From Brevinematales bacterium (lineage in GTDB: Bacteria > Spirochaetota > Brevinematia > Brevinematales > JAOACQ01): a stretch of 64,000 nucleotides of DNA. Made by a program: the position numbers and the translations under genes. The stretch is from NCBI GenBank assembly GCA_020052515.1, contig JAGVOW010000064.1, positions 3,862-67,861 of the forward strand. The letters are read 5' to 3'. Positions 7,896 through 17,089 of this stretch are shown piece after piece. The notes under the pieces were generated by a model. The model made no database searches. It saw nothing but the letters and a program-made list of their open reading frames with translations, and was not told where the DNA came from. Every line of letters starts with the position of its first letter. The first letter of the stretch is position 1.

Positions 7896-9806
7896 CTAAG
7901 AAAACTTGAACTGGTTGAATTTTTCAACCAGCTTGTCGTCCATATCTTTGGTTTTCTGCAGGCAGATCATAGATGCCTGGATTTCCTTTACTAAAGTGTC
8001 TAAGTTTTCCACCATTTTCTTCACAAAGACGTTTACTTCATCAGAAGCCTTCCCAATTTCTTTCATATTCTCTGACGTAGTAACAACAAAGTTTTTCTGT
8101 TCGTCTACCAGACGGATGAGCTGATTTACCCTGGGCATAATATCCGATATATCTTTTTTTAAAGTATAAGCTGCTGAACCCTGTTCTTCAAAAAAAGTAT
8201 TGAGGATATCATAAAATTCTTTTATTTTTTGGAATATATCTAAGTTTGATTTAATTTCTTTAACGGCTGAGTTTGAAACAGAGGAGCCTTTCTCGATACC
8301 GGCAATTAAATTCTTAATTTGAAGCCCGGTCTTGGCGGCGCTGTCTCTGGATTGATTGGCCAATTTCTTTATTTCTTTTGCTACTACAGAAAAACCCTTG
8401 CCGAATTGGCCGGCATGGCTGGCTTCTATGGAAGCGTTCATAGACAGCACATTTGTCTGATCCGAGATGTCTTCAATAAATACAATAATTTGATGAATCT
8501 CTCCCACAGTGGTTTTGACCATCTTAGTGGCTTCAGAAACCAAATTGAGGTCGTTTTCAATCGAATTAACGCTTTTTATTCCTTGTTCAATAGTCAATAA
8601 AGAGTTTTTCGAATTTTCTTTCATCGTCAGAAGCTGCTCAGCCATTTGTTCAATATTGCTTAAAAGTACAGTCAAATAATTGCTAAAGCTGATCACAAAA
8701 GCTTTTAGGTCCTCTATATTTTTGGTCATGCTCCCTGCTTTTTTCAAGCTTTCCTGGGACAAATTTTTCTGATTTTGCGCTTTTTCTATAATTTTCTCAG
8801 AATTTCTATAGTTAGTTACAGCGGAATTGACCGTTTCATAAAGGGGGTCATATACTTCTGAAAGCCGCTGGGAAACTTCCTCTGAGGTTTTTTTAACTTC
8901 TTTGATTAATCCAGATATATTTGCCGACATCAGATTATACAGGTAAGAAGAATAAGAAATCTCGTCCTCCAATGGTGTTTTGATCTGGAGAGACAAATTG
9001 CCTTTTTGAGAGAGAAAATTGGTCATTGATTCCTGTATTTTTTTCAAGGAAGTTTTCATATGAAAATGTTGCAGGAGAACCAGCGTCAATATGATCGCGA
9101 AGTTTATCAAAACCATTTCAATTAAGTTAGCCATTAACTCCGAGGAGTTGTAATTTTTATAAATAATCAAAGCGAATAATACAATAAGCGATAAACTTTC
9201 TAAAAGAATAGGGGAAATAATAAAATAAACTGTTTTTTCTAATATTGGCAGGCCAAAAGTTTTCTTTTCTAAAACAAATTCGGAAGGCAGGATATTTCTG
9301 GATACAATATCAATTACAATAGGCTGGATCAGCTTTTCTACAAATATATAAGCGGTTACACTGGCTAAAAAAGCGCCCTGGCATCCAAAGAGAGCAATGG
9401 TCAATGTGGAATACCAGTCTATGTTCAATTCTGCTTTTAAAAGCAGGCAAACTATAACCGCGCCAACAAATATCCTTGTAAATAAAAGCATCGCATGGAG
9501 AAAAGGCAATCGGTGTATTTTTGAGAAATAGAACGTGACTTTTTCCTGCGGAATTTCCTCATTTTGATACTGGTCAATAAAGTGGGAAATCGCGGAAGAC
9601 AAGAAAAAATTGGTGGGTAAAGCTCCAAAAACCACGACAAAAAATCCGACTAAAAGAGCATTTTGTGTTAAAATCTGCATAAAATTGCTGTAGGTGCTGA
9701 AGATAGGAGATAGGACAAAACCGTAAAGCAGAGCAACGGGTATGCCGATTCCAAACCCTATTATTTCGCTGGAAAAGAATTGAGTCATAAATTTTTTCCC
9801 GGTCAT
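7896..9806 (-). CDS. Methyl-accepting chemotaxis protein with a polytopic (about 6 TM) N-terminal domain
   Basis: The C-terminal signalling domain has the highly conserved core NVLSMNASIEASHAGQFGKGFSVVAKEIKKLA. The N-terminal 240 aa are almost entirely TM helices. AGGAG RBS 5 nt before the ATG. Confidence 0.9.
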   Translation of the reverse strand: MTGKKFMTQFFSSEIIGFGIGIPVALLYGFVLSPIFSTYSNFMQILTQNALLVGFFVVVFGALPTNFFLSSAISHFIDQYQNEEIPQEKVTFYFSKIHRLPFLHAMLLFTRIFVGAVIVCLLLKAELNIDWYSTLTIALFGCQGAFLASVTAYIFVEKLIQPIVIDIVSRNILPSEFVLEKKTFGLPILEKTVYFIISPILLESLSLIVLFALIIYKNYNSSELMANLIEMVLINFAIILTLVLLQHFHMKTSLKKIQESMTNFLSQKGNLSLQIKTPLEDEISYSSYLYNLMSANISGLIKEVKKTSEEVSQRLSEVYDPLYETVNSAVTNYRNSEKIIEKAQNQKNLSQESLKKAGSMTKNIEDLKAFVISFSNYLTVLLSNIEQMAEQLLTMKENSKNSLLTIEQGIKSVNSIENDLNLVSEATKMVKTTVGEIHQIIVFIEDISDQTNVLSMNASIEASHAGQFGKGFSVVAKEIKKLANQSRDSAAKTGLQIKNLIAGIEKGSSVSNSAVKEIKSNLDIFQKIKEFYDILNTFFEEQGSAAYTLKKDISDIMPRVNQLIRLVDEQKNFVVTTSENMKEIGKASDEVNVFVKKMVENLDTLVKEIQASMICLQKTKDMDDKLVEKFNQFKFS

Positions 9807-9926
9807 TTTATCTCCTAACTTACTTTATCGAGAAATTGCGATTAAAACTGAAAAAAATGCAATAAAGTCGAGGAAAATGAGTCTTATTAAATAAATGTAA
9901 AAAATGTAAAAATTTTCCAAATAAAC

Positions 9927-9955
9927 TTGAAAATTAGGCAATTTATTGTTATATT
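9927..9955 (+). promoter_or_regulatory. Candidate sigma70-type promoter, TTGAAA-17 nt-TATATT, for the ABC/LolA-like operon
   Basis: TTGAAA at 9927-9932 and TATATT at 9950-9955 with a 17-nt spacer. It lies about 50 nt upstream of ATG 10008. Confidence 0.4.
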
Positions 9956-10007
9956 TATACAGTGTTGTCCTCAGTTTATGATTGAGGTTTTAGGGAGGAG
10001 TTTTTAA

Positions 10008-10694
10008 ATGAATATTATTGAAATGAAGGGCGTCAAAAAAGATTATCCATTGGGGAAAACAATAGTCCATGCAGTCAGGGGAGTGGATTTAAGTGTGGAA
10101 GAAGGTGATTTCTTTTCCATAGTGGGGCCTTCCGGCAGCGGCAAAACCACTCTGCTCAATATCATCGGCTGTATTGATAACGCGACCGATGGAAGCGTTA
10201 AGATCCATAATGAAGAAATTACGGCTATGGAAGATAAAGAGTTAACGGATCTTCGGCTTTATAAAATTGGTTTTATTTTTCAAACTTTTAATTTGATTCC
10301 GGTTTTAGATGTCCGTGAAAATGTCGAATTCCCGCTTCTTTTAATGAAGAAGTTCACCAAACAACAGATAACAGAAAGGACAGAAAAATTGATAGAAGAG
10401 GTCGGGCTGACGGAATTCATTAAGCACAAGCCCGCGGAATTGTCGGGCGGGCAGAGGCAAAGAGTCGCTATCGCAAGAGCTTTAGTTACAGCGCCGGATA
10501 TTATTCTGGCGGATGAACCGACGGCCAATCTTGATTCCGAAACAGGCGACACCATTCTGCAGATTATGAGGAAGATGAATGAATTGGAGAAAACTACTTT
10601 TATCTTTTCTACCCATAACCCCGATGTGCTCAAATACGCGAAGCATATTGTTAAAATTCGAGATGGATTGATTTGCGAACAGCAATGCGATTAG
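10008..10694 (+). CDS. ABC transporter ATP-binding protein (LolD/MacB family)
   Basis: Walker A GPSGSGKTT, signature LSGGQRQRVAIARAL, Walker B IILADEPTANLD. GGGAGGAG RBS. Confidence 0.92.
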   Translation: MNIIEMKGVKKDYPLGKTIVHAVRGVDLSVEEGDFFSIVGPSGSGKTTLLNIIGCIDNATDGSVKIHNEEITAMEDKELTDLRLYKIGFIFQTFNLIPVLDVRENVEFPLLLMKKFTKQQITERTEKLIEEVGLTEFIKHKPAELSGGQRQRVAIARALVTAPDIILADEPTANLDSETGDTILQIMRKMNELEKTTFIFSTHNPDVLKYAKHIVKIRDGLICEQQCD

Positions 10695-10718
10695 TCAGGT
10701 CTAAATGAGGAGTATCAT

Positions 10719-12251
10719 ATGGGGCTAATTTTAAAGATAGCATGGAGAAATCTCCTGCGCCATAAAGGGAAGAGTTTTATTATTGGGGCGATTTTGTTTC
10801 TGGGATCTATTATTATGACTACCGGAAACGCTGTTATTTCCGGAATGGATAAAGGGCTTCAGGAAAATATAGTAGAGCGTTTTACGGGCGATATCGTGCT
10901 CATCGCGACCAATCAAAAAGATGAAGCCGTCATCGCCGGTTTTATGTTAAAAGGAACTGAGATCATAAGCGCATACACGAACGTGAAGAAAGTTTTACAG
11001 AGTCAGGATTATGTGCGGGATTTTCTGCCCGTTTGCCGCGGCTCTGCGATGGTTTTGAATGAATACGGCGACATGGGTTTTACTTTTCTTCTGGGAGTTG
11101 ATATCGAGGCTTATCAAAAAATGTTTCGAAGCAATATCGTTTTGGTAGAAGGCCAGCTCTTAAAAGGCCAGGACAGAGGAACTCTGGTTACTTCCGGCGC
11201 AAGAAAACAGATGTATGATTCTATGTATGTCTGGTTGACCCCGGAAGGATATCCCTTCATTGAGACTAATCTTTCTCCGGAAGCAAAATCCAATCGAACG
11301 GAACTAAATATTCAGTCAAATGTGGTTTTGATGGGAATGAGCGCCGACAGTTCTCAAAAAGATATTCGCAGCCCGGTAAGAGGAATTATCAAGTACAAGT
11401 ATTTAAATAATTTTTGGGAATCCTACAGCATTGTCGACCTGGAATCGTTTCGTGAGTGTTTTGGTTACCAGACTTCTTCTGACTCTGAGGTGAAATTGAC
11501 AAAGGAGAAGGAACAGATTTTAAAGGCAGATGAAAATCTGGATGACTTGTTCAGCAGTGAGAGCTTGGTTCAAAGCTCCGAAGCAAAATTAGGCAGTTAT
11601 AAAATCGGATCTTTGAAGCGAAAAGTAGCTACTATTAATACGAATACCATAGATAAGGATTTTGGTGTTTACAATATTGTTTTTGTAAAATTGAAAAAAA
11701 ACACCAACCCAAAACAGGATTTGAAAAAATTAAATACGGCGCTGAGCAACGCTCAGGTTAGCGCAAGGGCGGTCAGCTGGAAAAAAGCCGCTGGTACTAT
11801 TGGAGATATGGCAACTATTATGAAAGGCGCGCTGAACGGGTTTGTCATTTTTATTTTCTTTGTGGCTATTATTATTATTGCGAACACTCTTTCTATGGCG
11901 GCTCTGGAAAGGACGACCGAAATAGGAATGATGCGCGCTGTAGGCGCTAGCAAGGGCTTTATTGGAAGAATGTTTTTCAGCGAAACACTGCTGCTTTCTT
12001 TTGTCTTTGGCGGCCTGGGGATGATCGCGGGAGCGTTTGTGGTATCTGTTTTGACTTTATTGAATATTGCCCCTGGCAGTAATGACGCTCTTCAGTTGTT
12101 CTTTGGCGGTGATACCTTCCGGCCGATCTTGACATTGCCGGATATTCTTCTAGGAATAGTGCAATTAACCATTGTAACTGTGATCGCGGCGCTTTATCCG
12201 CTTGTAGTAGCTCAGAAAATAACGCCGCTGGAAGCGATTGCCAGAGAATAA
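10719..12251 (+). CDS. FtsX/MacB-type ABC permease with a large periplasmic domain (510 aa)
   Basis: N-terminal AWRNLLRHKGKS plus TM1, then a periplasmic region of about 340 aa. The C-terminal FtsX domain reads TEIGMMRAVGASKGFI. Confidence 0.85.
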   Translation: MGLILKIAWRNLLRHKGKSFIIGAILFLGSIIMTTGNAVISGMDKGLQENIVERFTGDIVLIATNQKDEAVIAGFMLKGTEIISAYTNVKKVLQSQDYVRDFLPVCRGSAMVLNEYGDMGFTFLLGVDIEAYQKMFRSNIVLVEGQLLKGQDRGTLVTSGARKQMYDSMYVWLTPEGYPFIETNLSPEAKSNRTELNIQSNVVLMGMSADSSQKDIRSPVRGIIKYKYLNNFWESYSIVDLESFRECFGYQTSSDSEVKLTKEKEQILKADENLDDLFSSESLVQSSEAKLGSYKIGSLKRKVATINTNTIDKDFGVYNIVFVKLKKNTNPKQDLKKLNTALSNAQVSARAVSWKKAAGTIGDMATIMKGALNGFVIFIFFVAIIIIANTLSMAALERTTEIGMMRAVGASKGFIGRMFFSETLLLSFVFGGLGMIAGAFVVSVLTLLNIAPGSNDALQLFFGGDTFRPILTLPDILLGIVQLTIVTVIAALYPLVVAQKITPLEAIARE

Positions 12252-12261
12252 GGAGAATTTT

Positions 12262-14157
12262 ATGGGATTGATTATAAAGATTAGTTTAAGAAATTTATGG
12301 CGGCAAAGGAGAAGAACAATTCTCCTGGGGACAGCTATCGCTTTCGGAATGATGATACTGGTTCTGGCAAACTCTTTCTCCCGAGGCTTGGGGGATATTA
12401 TATTCAATCAGATGCTGGTTCATTCAAATGGGCATATTCAGGTTTCCGCTATTGAAAATGGTAAGATTCGCGGCGGAGTGATCCGGGACAAAGACAGAAT
12501 CATCAAAATTATAAGAGACAATATTCCAAATGTAAAAGAAGTGAATCAACAGATTGCCTCTTTTACCCGTGTGATCGGCAACGGGAAATCCGACATGTTG
12601 GCGATTGTAGGCTTACCGGCAAATGAAGACATTTTAAGTTGGTTTGACAAAGAGTTATCAGCGGGTAATGTTTCCGATTATACCAATCCTAATATTGAAA
12701 ATCCATTGGTCATCGCGGAAGATAAGGCCAAGGACCTCAATGTGAAAATAGGGGACTCGGTAAATATCCGCATAAATACGCTTCAAGGGCAGGTCCAGAC
12801 GGCTAAATTGACAGTTGTAGCTACGATTAAAACAGCCAATTCTTTTCAAGGTATGGCTGCGTATATTCCATCCGAGAAACAGAAAGCGATTATGGGTTAT
12901 CGTGTTCAGGAATCCGGGCCTTTACAGATTGTTTTTAACAAAATGGAAGACCCTAAAATAGCTTTGACCTACGCTAACAAACTCCATCAGCTTTTACAGC
13001 CGGACTTAGCCATTATTTATGGAGAAGCCAGGTACAACGGCGAGAATGTTTCTGTTCCGACCTTTGCTTTTTTCAGCAATACAAATGCTTTGAGAATCTT
13101 AAAAGAAAATGTTAAAGTAATAGATGGAAAGTTAGAAAGGGCTTTGAATTCAAATGTGATTATGGCAAGCTCCTCCTTGGCGCGCGATCTGAATCTAAGG
13201 GTAGGTTCAAAAATACAGAATATTTACCAGCATAAGTTTGACAGCGAATCGACCACAAATGTTTACACCATTTCCGGAATTTTTGAGTCCAGCTCTCTCA
13301 TAAACAAAAAGTTTTTGATGGTGAGCGAAAATAATTTTTACAAAGGTTACTATCAAAATCTCCCCAAAGACCCGGTAGAGAGTAATTCCATTATTTCTTT
13401 AGCGACAAACAATCCCCTGTATCCCGCTTTAGCCACTGAATGGAAGCTTTTGGAAAGAACATCTGCCCATGATGATTATCAAAAAAAGCTTTTAAAGGTT
13501 CAGAAGGAAAAATGGGAAGGGGCCTATCTGGATATTGGAACAATGTACGAAATGGCCAGTTTTATTATCCAGCTTGAAGGAGCTTTGAATACTATTAGTT
13601 TGATCGCTGTATTGATTTTGTTCTTTATTATTTTAGTAGGAGTGATCAATACTCTCAGGATGACCGTTCGTGAAAGGACAAGGGAAATAGGAACCATCCG
13701 GGCGATCGGTATGCAGAGAGTGGATGTGAAAAACACCTTTATAGTAGAGACTTTCTTTTTAGCATTCTTTGCCAGTATCGCCGGGGCAATAGCCGCGTTT
13801 CTGGTTATGGTGCTTCTTTCCTTCTGGAAAATCAATACAGACAGTATTTTTTCGATTTTTCTTTTAGATAAACATTTGAATTTTGTTCCAAAAGCGGGCG
13901 GCCTTATTCTCAATCTGATACTTTTACTTCTATTTGGGTTAGAAGCCTTTGTGATTTCAAGGGAAGATAAAATCCCGCAATTAGTTATCCGGCTGGTGCT
14001 TATTTTTAGCATCCTGATTGGTTTTGTCTTATCGGCTTCAGGCGGAATCTTAACTTATTTAATATTGATTTTAATGATGTTGATAGCCATTGCTTATTTC
14101 CCGTCGCGGAAGGCATCCCTGATGTCAGCGGCAGACGCTCTCAGACATTATGAATGA
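12262..14157 (+). CDS. Second FtsX/MacB-type ABC permease (about 631 aa)
   Basis: Start moved to ATG 12262, which has an AAGGAG RBS and lies 10 nt after the upstream stop. The N-terminus is SLRNLWRQRRRT plus a TM helix. FtsX motif REIGTIRAIGMQRVDV. Confidence 0.85.
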   Translation: MGLIIKISLRNLWRQRRRTILLGTAIAFGMMILVLANSFSRGLGDIIFNQMLVHSNGHIQVSAIENGKIRGGVIRDKDRIIKIIRDNIPNVKEVNQQIASFTRVIGNGKSDMLAIVGLPANEDILSWFDKELSAGNVSDYTNPNIENPLVIAEDKAKDLNVKIGDSVNIRINTLQGQVQTAKLTVVATIKTANSFQGMAAYIPSEKQKAIMGYRVQESGPLQIVFNKMEDPKIALTYANKLHQLLQPDLAIIYGEARYNGENVSVPTFAFFSNTNALRILKENVKVIDGKLERALNSNVIMASSSLARDLNLRVGSKIQNIYQHKFDSESTTNVYTISGIFESSSLINKKFLMVSENNFYKGYYQNLPKDPVESNSIISLATNNPLYPALATEWKLLERTSAHDDYQKKLLKVQKEKWEGAYLDIGTMYEMASFIIQLEGALNTISLIAVLILFFIILVGVINTLRMTVRERTREIGTIRAIGMQRVDVKNTFIVETFFLAFFASIAGAIAAFLVMVLLSFWKINTDSIFSIFLLDKHLNFVPKAGGLILNLILLLLFGLEAFVISREDKIPQLVIRLVLIFSILIGFVLSASGGILTYLILILMMLIAIAYFPSRKASLMSAADALRHYE

Positions 14158-14159
14158 GG

Positions 14160-14212
14160 CGCCTCATCCCCCCGTCCCCCCTCTCCAAGCCTGGAGAAGG
14201 GCGGGGTGAGGC
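14160..14212. repeat. Family A element, compact self-closing copy (A3)
   Basis: Sequence CGCCTCATCCCCCCGTCCCCCCTCTCCAAGCCTGGAGAAGGGCGGGGTGAGGC. An inner stem (CTCTCCA with TGGAGA) and an outer stem (GCCTCA..CCCC with GGGGTGAGGC) can form. It starts 3 nt after the permease stop, inside the operon. Confidence 0.8.
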
Positions 14213-14257
14213 AGAGAAAGATTGTATTACATTTAGTTAAATTGGAGGAAATAAAAT

Positions 14258-15028
14258 ATGAAGATTTTTAAGAAAACATTGTTACTGGTAAGCATCTTGT
14301 TAGCTTTTTCATCGTTGTTCGCCATGCCGTCTGCTACCGAGATAATGAATAAGATAGACTCGCTTCAGAAATTGGGTATAGATATAACAACAAAGGCTTC
14401 TATTGTCCAGCAGAAAGTTGGGCAGGGCGTAAAAACTTTTGATTCTGTTTATTACAGAAGGGATAGGGATGACGCTTTTTTGATTGTGATGATCGCGCCG
14501 GATTCAGAAAAGGGTAATGGATATTTAAGAGTAGGGGATAATTTCTGGATGTACCGCCAGAATACGCGTACTTTTCAGCATATAAATCGGGATGAAAGTA
14601 TCAGCGGTACTGACGCGAAAGCTGGAGATTTTGAAAACAGGAAATTGGCCGAGCTTTATAAACCGTTGGCCGATGAGAAGGGCAAAGAAATAGTGGAAGA
14701 GGAAATGCTTGGTAAAAAACCTGTATATAAAATTACCCTTATAGCTAAAGTCAACGATGTAACTTATCCAAAGCAGATTTATTGGGTGGAAAAAGCAACG
14801 TTTTTACCTTTAAAAGAGCAGTCTTTTTCGCTTTCCGGAACTTTGATGCAGACGGCTTATTACCCAAAGTACACGACTATTCAGGGTAAGTACGTTTTTC
14901 TTCAGGCTATTTTTGTGGATGAGTTTGAGAAGGGCAATAAATCCATTATGGAGCTTTCTGGGATTTCTCTTGCGCCCTTGGATGATAATATTTTTACGAA
15001 AGCTTATCTCGAAAATTTGAGTAAGTAA
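14258..15028 (+). CDS. LolA-like outer-membrane lipoprotein-sorting family protein
   Basis: Signal peptide. Size and sequence pattern (RDRDDAFLIVMIAPDSEKGNGYLRVGDNFWMYRQNTRTFQHI...SGTD) are typical of the LolA-like periplasmic family that accompanies MacB-type ABC systems. Confidence 0.7.
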   Translation: MKIFKKTLLLVSILLAFSSLFAMPSATEIMNKIDSLQKLGIDITTKASIVQQKVGQGVKTFDSVYYRRDRDDAFLIVMIAPDSEKGNGYLRVGDNFWMYRQNTRTFQHINRDESISGTDAKAGDFENRKLAELYKPLADEKGKEIVEEEMLGKKPVYKITLIAKVNDVTYPKQIYWVEKATFLPLKEQSFSLSGTLMQTAYYPKYTTIQGKYVFLQAIFVDEFEKGNKSIMELSGISLAPLDDNIFTKAYLENLSK

Positions 15029-15051
15029 GGCGAAGATAATTATCTTCGCCT
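15028..15051. terminator. Palindrome AGGCGAAGATAATTATCTTCGCCT (B/D family, D1)
   Basis: 24-bp perfect palindrome that overlaps the last base of the TAA stop. It shares the outer AGGCG/CGCCT and central TAATTA with family B. Confidence 0.6.
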
Positions 15052-15083
15052 AAATTGTTTCTATTAATATTCGGAGGAATAAA

Positions 15084-16445
15084 ATGTTCAAAAGAATAAT
15101 TATATTTATTTGTTTTATGCTGACGATGGTATTTCTCTACGCACAAGACAATATCAATGAAGAAAGTTTGTTTTCTGATCCGCAGACTGTAGAATCCAGT
15201 AGCAATATTATGAACAATACCATTAATTCCAATGTCGAAAAGCAGTCTGTTACACTTTCCGGGCAGATTTCAGCTTATTCCGCTTATACTCTGGGGCGAG
15301 ATTTTGTTTCTGGAAAGACAAATGGTGATAAAAACTCTTTTCAAAATTATATTCGTGGCAATCTATTCCTGGATATCCGCTTAACAAAAGGTATTAAGAC
15401 CTTCGCGAATTTAGAAGCTGATTATTCTCCATTGGGCCAGCTGCAAGTTCATAGGTTTATCGGTATTCCGCCAATCAGTTCTGATACGACTCTATTGGAA
15501 ACCAATAATACCGCCTTGATTCTAAAAGAGTTCTTCCTGGACGCGAATGTGAATAGAATGGTTTACTTTCGTGTTGGAAAACAGGTTTTGCAGTGGGGAA
15601 CAGCCTATTTCTGGAATCCCAGCGATTTAATTAATGTACAGAAGAAGGATTTTAATAATCTTTCTTTTTTCCGGGAGGGAGGTTACGGGCTTAAAACACA
15701 CATCCCTTTTGGAACAGTTCTCAATCTTTATAATTATCTCGATTTGAATAATGTATCCAGAATCGAAAATGTGGCCGCGGCGAGCAAAATAGAGGCCCTG
15801 ATTGGAGGAACGGAGCTTTCTCTTTCGATATGGGCGAAGAAAGATTTTCATCCGGTTTACGCGCTTGATTTTACTTCCCGCGTATTTGGTATTGATATTC
15901 GAGGAGAGGCAAGCCTGGCAGACTGGGATAGCCATTTGAAAGTGAAAACTGAAACTATTACTGTTGGCCCTCTAACGGTTACTAATATAGTAACTTCTCC
16001 TGTTACCAATCAGTGGACCCCCAAAATCAGCCTTGGGTTTACCAAGAGTTTTGATTTTCTGGAAGTAAGTGATAGGATTTCCGTGACAGGTGAGTTTTTT
16101 TATAACGGTGCCGGTTATTCGGAAAATATATTCGCTAATGATACGATCAGAAACGCCCTGTTAATTGGCGCGGCTTCTTACTCTCCGAATTACAACTCGC
16201 AGTTTTACGCGGCCATTTTCACCAGCATTGTCAAGTTTTTCTCGCCTGATTTAACTTTTAACTTCAACGCGATAGGAAACTTGAATGATTACTCCTTTAC
16301 ATTGGCTCCTGCTCTGATGTACAATCCAGCGGATAATTTTAATCTTACGTTTACTATGATTGGATATGTAGGGAATGAGAATTGCGAATACACTTTTTTT
16401 GGAAGCGCCTTAACTTTTAGCCTGCAGGCGGATCTAAGATTTTAG
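15084..16445 (+). CDS. Outer-membrane beta-barrel protein (453 aa), last gene of the ABC/LolA-like cluster
   Basis: Signal peptide ending ...FLYAQD. Alternating-hydrophobicity strands run throughout. The C-terminus ends ...QADLRF, a terminal aromatic beta-signal. Confidence 0.65.
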   Translation: MFKRIIIFICFMLTMVFLYAQDNINEESLFSDPQTVESSSNIMNNTINSNVEKQSVTLSGQISAYSAYTLGRDFVSGKTNGDKNSFQNYIRGNLFLDIRLTKGIKTFANLEADYSPLGQLQVHRFIGIPPISSDTTLLETNNTALILKEFFLDANVNRMVYFRVGKQVLQWGTAYFWNPSDLINVQKKDFNNLSFFREGGYGLKTHIPFGTVLNLYNYLDLNNVSRIENVAAASKIEALIGGTELSLSIWAKKDFHPVYALDFTSRVFGIDIRGEASLADWDSHLKVKTETITVGPLTVTNIVTSPVTNQWTPKISLGFTKSFDFLEVSDRISVTGEFFYNGAGYSENIFANDTIRNALLIGAASYSPNYNSQFYAAIFTSIVKFFSPDLTFNFNAIGNLNDYSFTLAPALMYNPADNFNLTFTMIGYVGNENCEYTFFGSALTFSLQADLRF

Positions 16446-16448
16446 CGA

Positions 16449-16886
16449 TTAATCTTCTATTTTCAGGATGCTTTTAACGCTGTATTCCGCCTTGCCTTTA
16501 TATTTTTTGAATTTTTCAATCGTTTCGCTGTTTCTGTTTTCTATTAAGGAAATGAAAGCGTAGGCCTCTGAGATAAGCACTTCGTAAGACGCGATCATAT
16601 TTTTCCCCAGAACCAGGTCTTCTCCCTGAAGCACATTCTGATCCAAAAGCTTTTGCAGTGTATCCCTTGACTTTTTAGAAGAAGAGGCCATTTCTTTTGC
16701 AAGCGCTATGTAATAAAGAGAATTGTTCATCTGCGCCTCGTAAAAGTCTGAGGCAATATTGAGTGAAGTGTAAGTGAGGTAAAGGTTTTGGCCGCTAAGA
16801 ATGCCGATGGCCTCAAGCTTTAAATCCGAGGAATAAACATTCGTTCCTAAAAAGAAGAAAAAAAACAGTAATAACACTCGTTTCAT
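16449..16886 (-). CDS. Secreted helical protein of unknown function (145 aa)
   Basis: Clear signal peptide MKRVLLLFFFFFLGTNVYS. Convergent with the beta-barrel gene, 3 nt apart. Confidence 0.55.
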   Translation of the reverse strand: MKRVLLLFFFFFLGTNVYSSDLKLEAIGILSGQNLYLTYTSLNIASDFYEAQMNNSLYYIALAKEMASSSKKSRDTLQKLLDQNVLQGEDLVLGKNMIASYEVLISEAYAFISLIENRNSETIEKFKKYKGKAEYSVKSILKIED

Positions 16887-16928
16887 AAACTTGCTCCTGA
16901 AATTAGTTGCTTCAGAATATGTAACCGC

Positions 16929-16960
16929 GGGCTTTAGCCCGGTTAAATTATCACATTATC
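16929..16960. repeat. Family C hairpin element (C1)
   Basis: Sequence ATGTAACCGCGGGCTTTAGCCCGGTTAAATTA. The first 23 nt are identical to 40371-40393. Confidence 0.8.
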
Positions 16961-17089
16961 ATAATAAAAACAATGAAAACTATCAAATTTCTTGTCTGAA
17001 TTTTATTGTAAACTTTATTTGTTCAATTAATTTACAAAAATGTGTTTCCTCATTAAAATTAAAAGGTAATGTTATGGGGGACTTTAGTT

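Noticed and set aside
13524-14012. A 162-aa minus-strand ORF inside the second ABC permease gene
   Set aside because: It is antisense to a well-supported FtsX-domain region and has no RBS or recognisable motif. It is a shadow ORF. The same reasoning applies to 10280-10633, 11753-11953 and 12165-12407.
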